Source: Polyangia bacterium
GTDB taxonomy: Bacteria; Myxococcota_A; Polyangia; Fen-1088
NCBI GenBank assembly: GCA_036500205.1
Contig: DASYCK010000172.1
Span: 3,967-67,966 of the forward strand
Direction: 5' to 3'
Length of the DNA stretch: 64,000 nucleotides
The notes beneath the pieces were generated by a model, which saw nothing but the letters and a program-made list of their open reading frames with translations, was not told the origin of the DNA and did no database searches. Shown here piece after piece: positions 20,952 through 29,388 of the stretch. Numbering within the stretch: position 1 is the first letter of the stretch; the number at the start of each line of letters is the position of its first letter. Position numbers and translations under genes: made by a program.

Positions 20952-22235
20952 ATGCAGAAGCGGGGGAACCGCGCGCCGTCGCGTCGTGCCGTGTTGAAGT
21001 CCACCACCGGCCTGACCCTGTCGGGCGCCGTCGCTTTCCTGGGCGGCGCCGCGCGGGCGGTCGCCGGTGATGGGCTCACGCCCGTGAAGCTACCGCCGCT
21101 GCTCGCGTCCAGCGAGCGCGAGAGCGACAAGGTCCCCACCCCGCTGCCGCCCGAGCAGCGGGTGGGCTTCGCCATCGTCGGGCTGGGCCACCTGGCCTTG
21201 CAGCAGATCCTGCCCGCCTTCAGCGAGAGCAAGCTGTGCCGCCCGGTGGCGCTGGTGAGCGGCGACGGCGCGAAAGCAGCGAACGTCGCCGCCCAGTACG
21301 GGATCGCGCCGAAGCACGTCTACGACTACCAGAGCTACGACCGCCTGGCGCAAGACGCGGCGGTCAGCGCCGTCTACGTCGTGTTGCCGAATGGCCTGCA
21401 CGCCGAGTACAGCATCCGCGCCGCGCGGGCCGGCAAGCACGTGCTGTGCGAGAAGCCGATGGCCATCTCGGTCAACGAATGCGAACGGATGATCGACGCC
21501 AGCCGGGCCGCCCACAAGAAATTGATGGTCGCCTACCGCATGCAATACGAGCCCTACAACAGGGAAGCGATCCGGATGGCGCGGGCCGGCGAGCTGGGCA
21601 AGCTGAAGGCGTTCATGGCGAGCAATGGCCAGGCTCAAGGCGATCCGCGACAGTGGCGGCTGCGAAAGGCGCTGGCGGGAGGCGGGTCGTTGCCCGACGT
21701 GGGGATCTATTGCCTGAACGCCGCGCGCTACCTCAGCGGCGAGGAGCCGACCGAGGTGTCGGCGCTGGTGACCAGCACGCCGCACGATCCGCGCTTCGTC
21801 GAGGTGGAAGAGCAGGTCGACTTCACCTTGCGCTTCCCTTCCGGGTTCGTCGCCTCGTGCACGAGCTCGTACGGGTATCACGATTCGAAGTGTTACCGGC
21901 TGATGGGGACGCAGGGATGGCTCGAGCTCGACCCCGCCTTCCCTTACGCCGGTCAGGCGATGCGCATCGCTCGCAAGCACGCCGGATCGAGCGGCGAGGA
22001 TGTCGAGACGCGAAAGCTGGAGGCGAAGAACCAATTCGCGCTGGAGATGGACCACTTCGCCGCCTGCATCCGCGACGACAAGGTTCCCCTGACCGGCGGC
22101 GAAGAGGGCCTGCAAGACATGCGGGTCATCGCGGCGATCTACGACTCCGCCCGGCGCGGCCACGTCGTCAAGCTGCCGCGCATCGAGAAGGTCGACGCCC
22201 TTCGCGGGCCCGCGCTCGTCGATGCGGCGGGGTGA
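20952..22235 (+). CDS. Gfo/Idh/MocA family oxidoreductase with twin-arginine signal (glucose-fructose oxidoreductase-like)
   Basis: Tat-like SRRAVLKSTTGLTLSGAVAFLGGAARA. Rossmann motif VGFAIVGLGHLALQQILPAF. EKPMA motif (LCEKPMAISVNE). Confidence 0.85.
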   Translation: MQKRGNRAPSRRAVLKSTTGLTLSGAVAFLGGAARAVAGDGLTPVKLPPLLASSERESDKVPTPLPPEQRVGFAIVGLGHLALQQILPAFSESKLCRPVALVSGDGAKAANVAAQYGIAPKHVYDYQSYDRLAQDAAVSAVYVVLPNGLHAEYSIRAARAGKHVLCEKPMAISVNECERMIDASRAAHKKLMVAYRMQYEPYNREAIRMARAGELGKLKAFMASNGQAQGDPRQWRLRKALAGGGSLPDVGIYCLNAARYLSGEEPTEVSALVTSTPHDPRFVEVEEQVDFTLRFPSGFVASCTSSYGYHDSKCYRLMGTQGWLELDPAFPYAGQAMRIARKHAGSSGEDVETRKLEAKNQFALEMDHFAACIRDDKVPLTGGEEGLQDMRVIAAIYDSARRGHVVKLPRIEKVDALRGPALVDAAG

Positions 22236-22255
22236 GCTTTCGGATCTCGCCTGCT

Positions 22256-22271
22256 GGCACGTGCGTTGCTG
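22256..22271 (+). promoter_or_regulatory. sigma-54 (-24/-12) promoter
   Basis: TGGCACGTGCGTTGCT matches the consensus TGGCACG-N4-TTGCW at all 12 defined positions. It lies 93 nt upstream of the ATG at 22364, just after the preceding gene's stop. Confidence 0.75.
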
Positions 22272-22363
22272 AATTTCAAACCATCGCCGCCACGCCCGAG
22301 CACGCAGTCGAGTGACGGCGGACGCTTTTCCCCAGAGCGTGACGGAAACCACAGGAGGTCCCC

Positions 22364-22936
22364 ATGTCCAATCATCGTGATCAACGAAACAGCCGAGATC
22401 GTAACGACTCCGCCTCGTCGGAAGGCGGGCGCGGGCGTGAATCAGCGGGATCGTCGAGTAACAACGAGCGAGGCGGAAAGGTGACGAGCCACGAGAAGGC
22501 CGCCTTCCACCACGAGACGGCGGCGCATCATCATCAGCAGGCTGCCAAGCATGCCAGCAGCGGCAATCAAACCCGCTCGAACCTGCACGCGGACGCCGCG
22601 CGCGGCCACGGCCGGCGCGCCGCCGAGCACGGCGACGAGGCGACCCGCCAGGGGGGCAGCGGGAGCGCGGATCGCGAGCGCGAGATCAATCGCCACACGC
22701 TGTCCCAGCAGGATAGCGACAGCGAGAACGCGAACGCGCCCGGCGGTGACGAGGACGGCGAGTCCTCGACGCCGCGTCGCCAGCGCGCGGGCTCCCGTGA
22801 CGACCAGGCCCGGACCCGCGGCGCCGGCGAAGGAGACGACAGCGAGATCCTGTCAGATGACGCCGACAGCGATCGTCCGATGAACGGACGCGCTCGTTCG
22901 GAAGGCCGTCAGGAATCGCCCCGCCGGCACGTCTGA
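22364..22936 (+). CDS. hypothetical hydrophilic, intrinsically disordered protein (His/Arg/Asp/Ser-rich)
   Basis: The ATG follows AGGAGG. A perfect sigma-54 promoter lies 93 nt upstream. There is no hydrophobic core. The protein contains HEKAAFHHETAAHHHQQAAKH and HADAARGHGRRAAEH repeats. Confidence 0.6.
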   Translation: MSNHRDQRNSRDRNDSASSEGGRGRESAGSSSNNERGGKVTSHEKAAFHHETAAHHHQQAAKHASSGNQTRSNLHADAARGHGRRAAEHGDEATRQGGSGSADREREINRHTLSQQDSDSENANAPGGDEDGESSTPRRQRAGSRDDQARTRGAGEGDDSEILSDDADSDRPMNGRARSEGRQESPRRHV

Positions 22937-22961
22937 GCGTACTGAGCGAGCGAAGGGTCGT

Positions 22962-23384
22962 TCAGCGAACGTAGACGCGGCGGTTGCCGCGCGGGGGTTG
23001 CCGTACGGCGATCACCAGCGGCGGAGCCGTCGCGTCGTCTTCGCTCGAATCCTCGTCGTCGACGACCAGAGTCCCGATGTCCCAGCCCGTCAGCGCCGAC
23101 TCCAGAGACAAGCCGGCACCCATGCAGTCGGCGACGGCGTCGACGAACTCGGCCTCGTCCTCTTCCATCACGTCGGTGGTCCAGGCCGCGGCGAGTGATC
23201 GCGGCGCCAGGACCGGATCCATTCCCAGGCGCGCCCGTACGCGCGCGAAGTCTCGGGTGAGATGCTCGGCGCAGGCGATGGCGGCGTCGTGCGCCGCCTC
23301 GGCCCGCTCCGATAGTCTTGCCGCCTTGTCGGCCTTGGCGTCCTTCTCGGCGTGACCCCGCACAGGTTCGTTCGTGTTCCTCAT
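22962..23384 (-). CDS. hypothetical acidic protein (140 aa)
   Basis: Internal ATG preceded by GGAAGGGGG. The upstream part of the track ORF has no support. No family recognised. Confidence 0.45.
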   Translation of the reverse strand: MRNTNEPVRGHAEKDAKADKAARLSERAEAAHDAAIACAEHLTRDFARVRARLGMDPVLAPRSLAAAWTTDVMEEDEAEFVDAVADCMGAGLSLESALTGWDIGTLVVDDEDSSEDDATAPPLVIAVRQPPRGNRRVYVR

Positions 23385-23499
23385 GTTTGAACCCCCTTCC
23401 CGCGCCCGATCGTACTCCCCTGAAAAATCGGACACCAGGGAAAACGGGAGCGCCGCCGTCACGCCAATCGATCTCGTGACGCGACGACGAAAAGGCGCG

Positions 23500-24705
23500 T
23501 CAGTAGCCGCGCTGGAGATCGGCCACGTCACCCAGGCGCAACTCCGCGGTGCCACGAGAGATCCAGCCGACGGTGGTCTCGTTCTGCACGTCGACCGCGA
23601 GAATTTCCGCAATCGCGTGCGGGGGAAACCGGGGATCGCTGGTGTCCCAGCTCTCCAGCACGCGCTTCAACCCGTCACCCTGCCTGAGAATCAAGAAGCG
23701 GTTGCCCGTTTCCACGCCGTGCCGGCGACCGCGGTTCAGCACCACGAACGTCTGGCTGGCGATGAGCGAGCCAGGATCGAGCGCCGCGATGATCCGCGCC
23801 GTCACGCTGACGGCGTTGGGCCTGGGGGCGATGGTGCGCATGTCGGGCAGCAGCGGTCCCACGCGATAGCCGCGCTCGACCGGCTCGGCCAGATCGACGA
23901 GGCGGCCGTTGCTGATCGTGCGATCGCCCGAGACACCGTCGACCGCCACCTCGCCGCAGACGTGAACCAGGTACCCCATCACCACCTTCGAGCCCGGCTC
24001 CTTGACCGGACGGGTGGTGTCCACTTGATAGACCGAATAGCGCCCCGCCACCTTCGGCGCGTGGCCCGCGGGAAACTCGACGTAGGCCTGATCGCCCGTC
24101 GCCAGCAGCAGCTTCTCCTCGAGCGAGCCGTTGATGGTGCCGGCCGCCTTCAAGGCCCCCTCGTCGACGAAGCCGAGCTGGCGCAGGCGCGGCGCTTCCG
24201 GTCTCCCCGCCGTCGGATGGGACAGCACGCGTGCCGTCACCAGCGAGGGACGAGGCGCTTCGCGACGCGGACGGAGCTCGTCCTGCGGCGGATTGGCGGC
24301 CAACGTTCGATCGACGACGGTGGTGACCTTCTGCGGGGCGGAGCCGTCGCGCAGCCGCACGACCTGCCCCGGATAGATCCAGTGCGGGTTGGGGATCTCG
24401 GGATTCAACGCCCACAGCTTGGGCCAGCTCATGGGATCACGCAGGAACTCCTGAGAAACGGTCGAAAGCGTGTCGCCGGCGCGGATGGTGTACGTTGGCG
24501 ACCGCGCCCCTCCGGTCTTCGAGGAGGCGGCAGGCGTGACGGCGGGAACGGTCTCGTCGGGATCGTCGTCGCCTCGACCATCGACGGTGGCGGCACCGGA
24601 AGCGTCGTCATCCGCCGGCTGCGCCGAGACCACCGCGCCCCGAAGCCCGAGCGGCGGCGTGACGGCAAGCGCGAAGAGCAGCGTCGTCCTCGCTCTCGTC
24701 CTCAT
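23500..24705 (-). CDS. LysM domain-containing secreted protein
   Basis: Signal MRTRARTTLLFALAVTPPLG. LysM motif YTIRAGDTLSTVSQEFLRDPMSWPKLWALNPEIPNPHWIYPGQVVRL. The ATG overlaps the upstream gene's stop (ATGA). Confidence 0.8.
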   Translation of the reverse strand: MRTRARTTLLFALAVTPPLGLRGAVVSAQPADDDASGAATVDGRGDDDPDETVPAVTPAASSKTGGARSPTYTIRAGDTLSTVSQEFLRDPMSWPKLWALNPEIPNPHWIYPGQVVRLRDGSAPQKVTTVVDRTLAANPPQDELRPRREAPRPSLVTARVLSHPTAGRPEAPRLRQLGFVDEGALKAAGTINGSLEEKLLLATGDQAYVEFPAGHAPKVAGRYSVYQVDTTRPVKEPGSKVVMGYLVHVCGEVAVDGVSGDRTISNGRLVDLAEPVERGYRVGPLLPDMRTIAPRPNAVSVTARIIAALDPGSLIASQTFVVLNRGRRHGVETGNRFLILRQGDGLKRVLESWDTSDPRFPPHAIAEILAVDVQNETTVGWISRGTAELRLGDVADLQRGY

Positions 24706-25709
24706 GGCGAACCTTTCCTGGGCGTCCCCGCTCCCAGATGGGCCGGCACGAGCGTCCCCAGCACCGCGCCCTTCTGCGCCGGCGACGGCGCCGCCGCGTT
24801 CGGGGCCCCGTCCCCTTCGTCGGGGTGCGCCAAGCGATAGCTGCCCAGGCGGGCCGCCTCGTGCTTCGGAAAGGCCCGGGTCAGCGATTCGAGCACGGCC
24901 TGGCCAGCCGCCGCCTGCCCTTCGGCCATCAGGGTGAAGCCCAGCTTCAGCATCGCGTCCGGCACCTTGTTGCCATGCGGGTACGTCTCGATGACCTTGC
25001 GAAACTCCGGCTCGGCGGCGGGGTAGTCGTGCAGGTCGTAGTAGCACTCGCCGATCCAGTACTGCGCGTTGTCGGCGTAGTCATGGCGCGGATTCCCCTC
25101 GAGGAAATGCCGGAAGCCCGCCAGCGCCGCCTGCTGCTGTCCGGCGCGCAACGCCTCGAGCGCCTGGCGATAGAGCCGCAGCGGCTCCGCCGGCGCGGGG
25201 ATACCCCGAGTGTCCGACCGGGGCTCGGGCGCGCCCAGGCGCAGCATCGGGCGGTGCGTTGCCACCGCGCGCGCCGGTCGACCGTTCGCGCTGGCCGGCA
25301 AGGCGGCGCCCGCGTACTCGACCTCCTGCTCGGCCAGCAAGCTGGACTCGGCGTCGTCCGGTGAGGGCGCGCTCGCCTCGTGCGCCACAGGGGCAGCGGT
25401 CACTGACGGCGGCGCGGCGACGGTGGGACGCGGCGGCAATGTCGCCGGTGCTCGCTGCTCGGCCGCCAACCGATGGCTGTCGAGGCGATCCTCGAGGATG
25501 AAGATCCGGTTCTCGAGCTCCTCGATGCGCCGCGCGTCGCCGGCGTTCTTCGCGCGCAGCTCGGCGATGGTCCGGTCGGCGTCGCCGGGGGCGGCCTTCG
25601 GGCGCGGCGCCGTCGCGCAGCCCCACGCCCCGGCGGAGAGTCCCATCGCCAGCAGCACGACGCCGTCACGCCACCTCTCCCATCGTTCGTCGTTGATCCT
25701 GCTGGTCAT
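24702..25709 (-). CDS. cpoB: Tol-Pal system protein YbgF/CpoB-like (coiled coil + TPR), lipoprotein
   Basis: Lipobox LSAGAWGC. Coiled coil IAELRAKNAGDARRIEELENRIFILEDRL. The C-terminal FRHFLEGNPRHDYADNAQYWIGECYY...YPHGNKVPDAMLKLGFTL...FPKHEAA is the YbgF TPR signature. Confidence 0.8.
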   Translation of the reverse strand: MTSRINDERWERWRDGVVLLAMGLSAGAWGCATAPRPKAAPGDADRTIAELRAKNAGDARRIEELENRIFILEDRLDSHRLAAEQRAPATLPPRPTVAAPPSVTAAPVAHEASAPSPDDAESSLLAEQEVEYAGAALPASANGRPARAVATHRPMLRLGAPEPRSDTRGIPAPAEPLRLYRQALEALRAGQQQAALAGFRHFLEGNPRHDYADNAQYWIGECYYDLHDYPAAEPEFRKVIETYPHGNKVPDAMLKLGFTLMAEGQAAAGQAVLESLTRAFPKHEAARLGSYRLAHPDEGDGAPNAAAPSPAQKGAVLGTLVPAHLGAGTPRKGSP

Positions 25710-25794
25710 TCTCGAGCTCGAGCTCCACGCCTGAAACGGGCGCGCGACCGACGCCACGGCCGAGGGCGATCGTAGGGTCGGGCGCGGCGACGGT

Positions 25795-25821
25795 CAAAAA
25801 ATCGCGCGGTCCCCGCGATCT
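25795..25821 (-). terminator. intrinsic terminator after rpe
   Basis: The minus strand reads ATCGCG-GGGACCG-CGCGAT followed by TTTTTT. It begins 8 nt after the rpe stop. Confidence 0.65.
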
Positions 25822-25828
25822 GGCGGGT

Positions 25829-26485
25829 TCAGCGGACGCGCAGCGCGGCGATGGCGGCCCGGTAGTCGGGCTTGCCGAACACGGCGGACCCGGCCACCAG
25901 CACGTCGGCGCCGGCGTCGACGACGGTGTGGACCGTCTCGGGGGCGATGCCGCCGTCGACCTCGATGTCGACGTCCAGGCCCCGGCGATCGATCTCGGCG
26001 CGCAGCGCCCGGATCTTCGGGACCACCGCCTCGATGAACCTCTGCCCGCCAAACCCGGGGTTCACCGTCATCACCAGCACCATCGCCAGGTCGGGCAGCA
26101 CGATGTCGAGCCCGTCGATGGGCGTGTGCGGATTCAGCGACACCGAGGCCCGCTTCCCCAGCGCGCGGATGTGCTGCACCGTGCGGTGCAGGTGCGGCGA
26201 GGTCTCGATGTGAACCGTCAGGTTGTCGGCGCCGGCCCTGGCGAAGTCCTCCACGTAGCGCTCGGGCTCGACGATCATCAGGTGGACGTCGAGGGGGAGC
26301 TTGGTGGCGGCGCGCACGGCCGCCACCACCACCGGTCCGATGGTGATGTTCGGTACGAACCGCCCATCCATCACGTCGAGGTGGATGTAGTCGGCGCCGG
26401 CCGCCTCGGCGGCCTGCACCTCGTCGCGCAGGCGGCCGAAGTCCGCCGCCAGGAGGGAGGGGGCGATGCGAAGCGGGCGCGACAT
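25829..26485 (-). CDS. rpe: ribulose-phosphate 3-epimerase
   Basis: IAPSLLAADFGRLRDEVQAAEAAGADYIHLDVMDGRFVPNITIGP, VMTVNPGFGGQ and VDGGI are present. Confidence 0.96.
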   Translation of the reverse strand: MSRPLRIAPSLLAADFGRLRDEVQAAEAAGADYIHLDVMDGRFVPNITIGPVVVAAVRAATKLPLDVHLMIVEPERYVEDFARAGADNLTVHIETSPHLHRTVQHIRALGKRASVSLNPHTPIDGLDIVLPDLAMVLVMTVNPGFGGQRFIEAVVPKIRALRAEIDRRGLDVDIEVDGGIAPETVHTVVDAGADVLVAGSAVFGKPDYRAAIAALRVR

Positions 26486-26567
26486 GGATTCATCTTAGTA
26501 CAGGGCCGCGCCCCTCGCGGCCCGCGTCGACAGGAAGTAGGCTGGTCGCGGAAGAACGAGGAGCGAC

Positions 26568-27020
26568 ATGACGGAGCGGTACTTCGAGGATCTTGCGGTC
26601 GGGCAGAAATTTCACTCCGGGACCATCGAGATCACGGCCGAACGGATCAAATCGTTCGCGGCCGAGTTCGATCCGCAGCCGTTTCACCTCGACGAGGAGA
26701 AGGCGAAGGACAGCCTGTTCAAGGGCCTCGCCGCCAGCGGCTGGCACACGGCCGCCGTGACGATGCGGCTGCTGGTCGACAGCGATCTCAAGCTGGCGGG
26801 GGGGACCATCGGCGCCGGCGGCGAGGAGCTGCGCTGGCCACGGCCGACCCGGCCCGGCGACGTGCTGCGCCTGGAGGCCGAGGTGCTCGACACGCGCCCC
26901 TCGCGCTCGCGCCCCGAGCTCGGCATCGTCAAGGTGCGCCTGACCACGCTGAACCAGCGCGGAGAGCCGGTGCAGATCTCGATCCCCGCGCTGATGGTTC
27001 GTCGCCGTCCGGCGACCTGA
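26568..27020 (+). CDS. MaoC-family (hot-dog fold) dehydratase
   Basis: FAAEFDPQPFHLDEEKAKDSLFKGLAASGWHTAAVTMRLLV is a typical MaoC/hydratase-2 motif region. Confidence 0.85.
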   Translation: MTERYFEDLAVGQKFHSGTIEITAERIKSFAAEFDPQPFHLDEEKAKDSLFKGLAASGWHTAAVTMRLLVDSDLKLAGGTIGAGGEELRWPRPTRPGDVLRLEAEVLDTRPSRSRPELGIVKVRLTTLNQRGEPVQISIPALMVRRRPAT

Positions 27021-27023
27021 CGG

Positions 27024-28430
27024 TCACGCGCTTCGCTGAAGACGCGCGGCGAAGAACGCGTCGGCGTCGTCGCGATCGGGCCACAGGCGGATGAGGTGCG
27101 GGGCCTCGGGCGCGGCGACGAGGCGCCGCCACGGCACCGCGGTCCCCTCCGGCGGTGGCGCGGGACGAAACTCGGGGTGGGCGGTGAGAAACGCGCCCAC
27201 CACCTCTTCCCCCTCGGCGCGGTCGAACGTGCAGACGGCGTAGACCAGCAGGCCTCCGGGCTCGACCAGCGGCGCCACGACGTCCAACATGCGGCGCTGC
27301 GTGGCCGCCAGCAAGGTCAGGTCGGCCTCGCTGCGACGGAACAGCACCTCGGGATGGCGCCGCAACACCCCCAGCCCCGAGCAAGGCGCGTCGAGCAAGA
27401 CGCGGTGGTAGCGGGGCGACGACGCCGGGAAGTCCTTGGTGAGATCGGCCGCGCGCGCCGCGATGCCGCTCGTGCGCAGCCGGGCCCACTGCTCCCCGGC
27501 CTGGCGAAGCTTGGCGTCCGACAGATCGAGCGCGTCGATGGACGCCTCGTTGCCGGCCAGCGCCGCCAGGTGCGCCGTCTTGCCGCCCAGCCCCGCGCAG
27601 GCGTCCAGGATGCGCTCGCCCGGCGCGGCACCGCACAGCTCGGCGACGAGCTGCGCCCCCACGTCCTCGATCGCGAACGCCCCGGCGGCGAACGCCTCGG
27701 TCGTGCCGGGCGCGTCCAGACCGCGCGCCAGCAGGGCATCCGGGGCGACCGCCGAGGCGGCGAGGGCGGCGCCCGGCCGCTCGGCGGCGAGCGTCCGTTC
27801 CAGCGCGTCGCGCGTGATTCCGGCCAAGCGGTTCGCGCGCAACGCGAGCGGTGCCGCCTCGCCCGACGCGGTGGCGAGCGCCACCGCCCGCTCGTCGCCC
27901 AGATCGCGCAGGCAGAGCCGCGCCAGCCAGTCCGGGAAGCCGCAGCCGTCGACCAGAAAGGCGCGCGCGTCGCGCTTGGGGTCGGGCAGCGGCGGCTCGC
28001 CCCGCTCGGCCACCCGGCGCAGCAGCGCGTTGGCCAGACCGCCCATCCGCGCGCCATGCTGGCGCTTCATCGCCTCGACGGTGTCGTTCACCGCGGCGTA
28101 GCTGGGAATGCGATCGAGAAACAGCAGCTGATACGCGCCCACCCGCAGCACGTTGCGCACGTCGGACGGCACCTTCAGGCCACGATCGGCGACGGCGTCG
28201 AGGGCGCGGTCGAGGCGGGCCCGCCGCCGGAGCACGCCGTAGACCAGCTCCGTGGCCAGCGCCCGATCGGGCGCCGACAGCTCGCTCGCCCGATCGAGGG
28301 CGGCAGCGAGGGCGCGGTTCGCGAAGGCGCCGTCGCGCTCGACCCGCCCCAGAACCTGGCGCGCCAGATCGCGGCCGGTGCGGGGCGGTCCCGCCGGCGG
28401 GGCATTTTCCCGGCGCCCGCGCTCAGCCAA
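27024..28430 (-). CDS. rsmB: 16S rRNA (cytosine967-C5)-methyltransferase RsmB
   Basis: NusB-like N-terminal domain (ARQVLGRVERDGAFANRAL). SAM motif ILDACAGLGGKT. Catalytic motifs LLDAPCSGLGVLRRHPE and LVYAVCT. TTG start overlaps the fmt 3' end by 8 nt. This is the classic fmt-rsmB operon. Confidence 0.9.
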   Translation of the reverse strand: MAERGRRENAPPAGPPRTGRDLARQVLGRVERDGAFANRALAAALDRASELSAPDRALATELVYGVLRRRARLDRALDAVADRGLKVPSDVRNVLRVGAYQLLFLDRIPSYAAVNDTVEAMKRQHGARMGGLANALLRRVAERGEPPLPDPKRDARAFLVDGCGFPDWLARLCLRDLGDERAVALATASGEAAPLALRANRLAGITRDALERTLAAERPGAALAASAVAPDALLARGLDAPGTTEAFAAGAFAIEDVGAQLVAELCGAAPGERILDACAGLGGKTAHLAALAGNEASIDALDLSDAKLRQAGEQWARLRTSGIAARAADLTKDFPASSPRYHRVLLDAPCSGLGVLRRHPEVLFRRSEADLTLLAATQRRMLDVVAPLVEPGGLLVYAVCTFDRAEGEEVVGAFLTAHPEFRPAPPPEGTAVPWRRLVAAPEAPHLIRLWPDRDDADAFFAARLQRSA

Positions 28431-29367
28431 ACCGCGCTCCGATCGCGATGGCTCGCCCCGCGGCCACCGCGGACGCCGGCAAGCGTTTGCGCCCCGGAAG
28501 CTGCAGCTCGGCGAAGGTCAGCGGGCCGTCAGCGCACGCGATCGCCAGGCCGCGGTCGTCGATGGCGACGACCGTTCCGGGCGCGGCGGTGCCGGCGCCC
28601 GGGCCGTCCCCCCGTGGCCCGAACAGCTTGACGACCTGACCGTCGAGCAGCGCCGTGGCGCCGGGCCAGGGATCGACGCCCCGTGCCCGCGCCGACACCA
28701 CCCGCGCCGGCGCGTTGAAGTCGAGCCGCCCGTCCTCCTTGGCGAGGATGGGCGCCAAGGTCGCCCGCGCGTCGTCCTGGGGGACAAAGGCGAGCGTACC
28801 GTCGACGATCTGGGGCAGCTTCGCCCCCAGCAACCCGGCGCCGAGCACGGCCAGTCGGCCGGCCAGCGTCTCGGCGGTGTCATCGTCGCGAATGGGCGTC
28901 GCCTGCTGCGCGCAGACCGGTCCCGTATCGAGGCCGGCCTCCATGCGCATGATCGACACCCCCGCCTCGTCGTCTCCGTTGATGACCGCCCACTGGATGG
29001 GCGCCGCCCCGCGCAGCCGCGGCAGCAGCGACGCGTGCACGTTGAACGGCCCCCGCGCGGGAAGATCCAGGATCCCCTGCGGCAGGATGCGGCCGTAGGC
29101 GACGACGATGAACAGGTCGGCGGCGAAGGCGCGCAGGGTGGCCTCGAAGTCCGGCGTGCGAATCTTCTCGGGCTGGAGAATGGGAACGCCCAGGCCCTGG
29201 GCGCGCGCCGCGCGCTTCACCGCCGGCTCGGCCAGGCTCTGGCCGCGTCCCGCCGGGCGATCGGGCTGCGTGACGATGGCGACCAGCTCGCTGTCCGCGG
29301 CGACGCGGGTCAGCGACGGAACGGCGAACTCCGGCGAGCCGAAGAAGATCGTGCGAGGGGGGGCCAC
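28423..29367 (-). CDS. fmt: methionyl-tRNA formyltransferase
   Basis: IFFGSPEFAVPSL, NVHASLLPRLRGAAPIQWAVI and DTGPV are present. GTG start. Confidence 0.95.
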   Translation of the reverse strand: MAPPRTIFFGSPEFAVPSLTRVAADSELVAIVTQPDRPAGRGQSLAEPAVKRAARAQGLGVPILQPEKIRTPDFEATLRAFAADLFIVVAYGRILPQGILDLPARGPFNVHASLLPRLRGAAPIQWAVINGDDEAGVSIMRMEAGLDTGPVCAQQATPIRDDDTAETLAGRLAVLGAGLLGAKLPQIVDGTLAFVPQDDARATLAPILAKEDGRLDFNAPARVVSARARGVDPWPGATALLDGQVVKLFGPRGDGPGAGTAAPGTVVAIDDRGLAIACADGPLTFAELQLPGRKRLPASAVAAGRAIAIGARFG

Positions 29368-29388
29368 GGGGTCAGCTCTGGGTGTCGG

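Noticed and set aside
26503-26523. Perfect 8-bp GC hairpin (GGGCCGCG-CCCCT-CGCGGCCC) between divergent rpe and the MaoC gene.
   Set aside because: It cannot be a terminator because both genes point away from it. It may lie in a 5' UTR, but I have no supporting evidence for a regulatory role.
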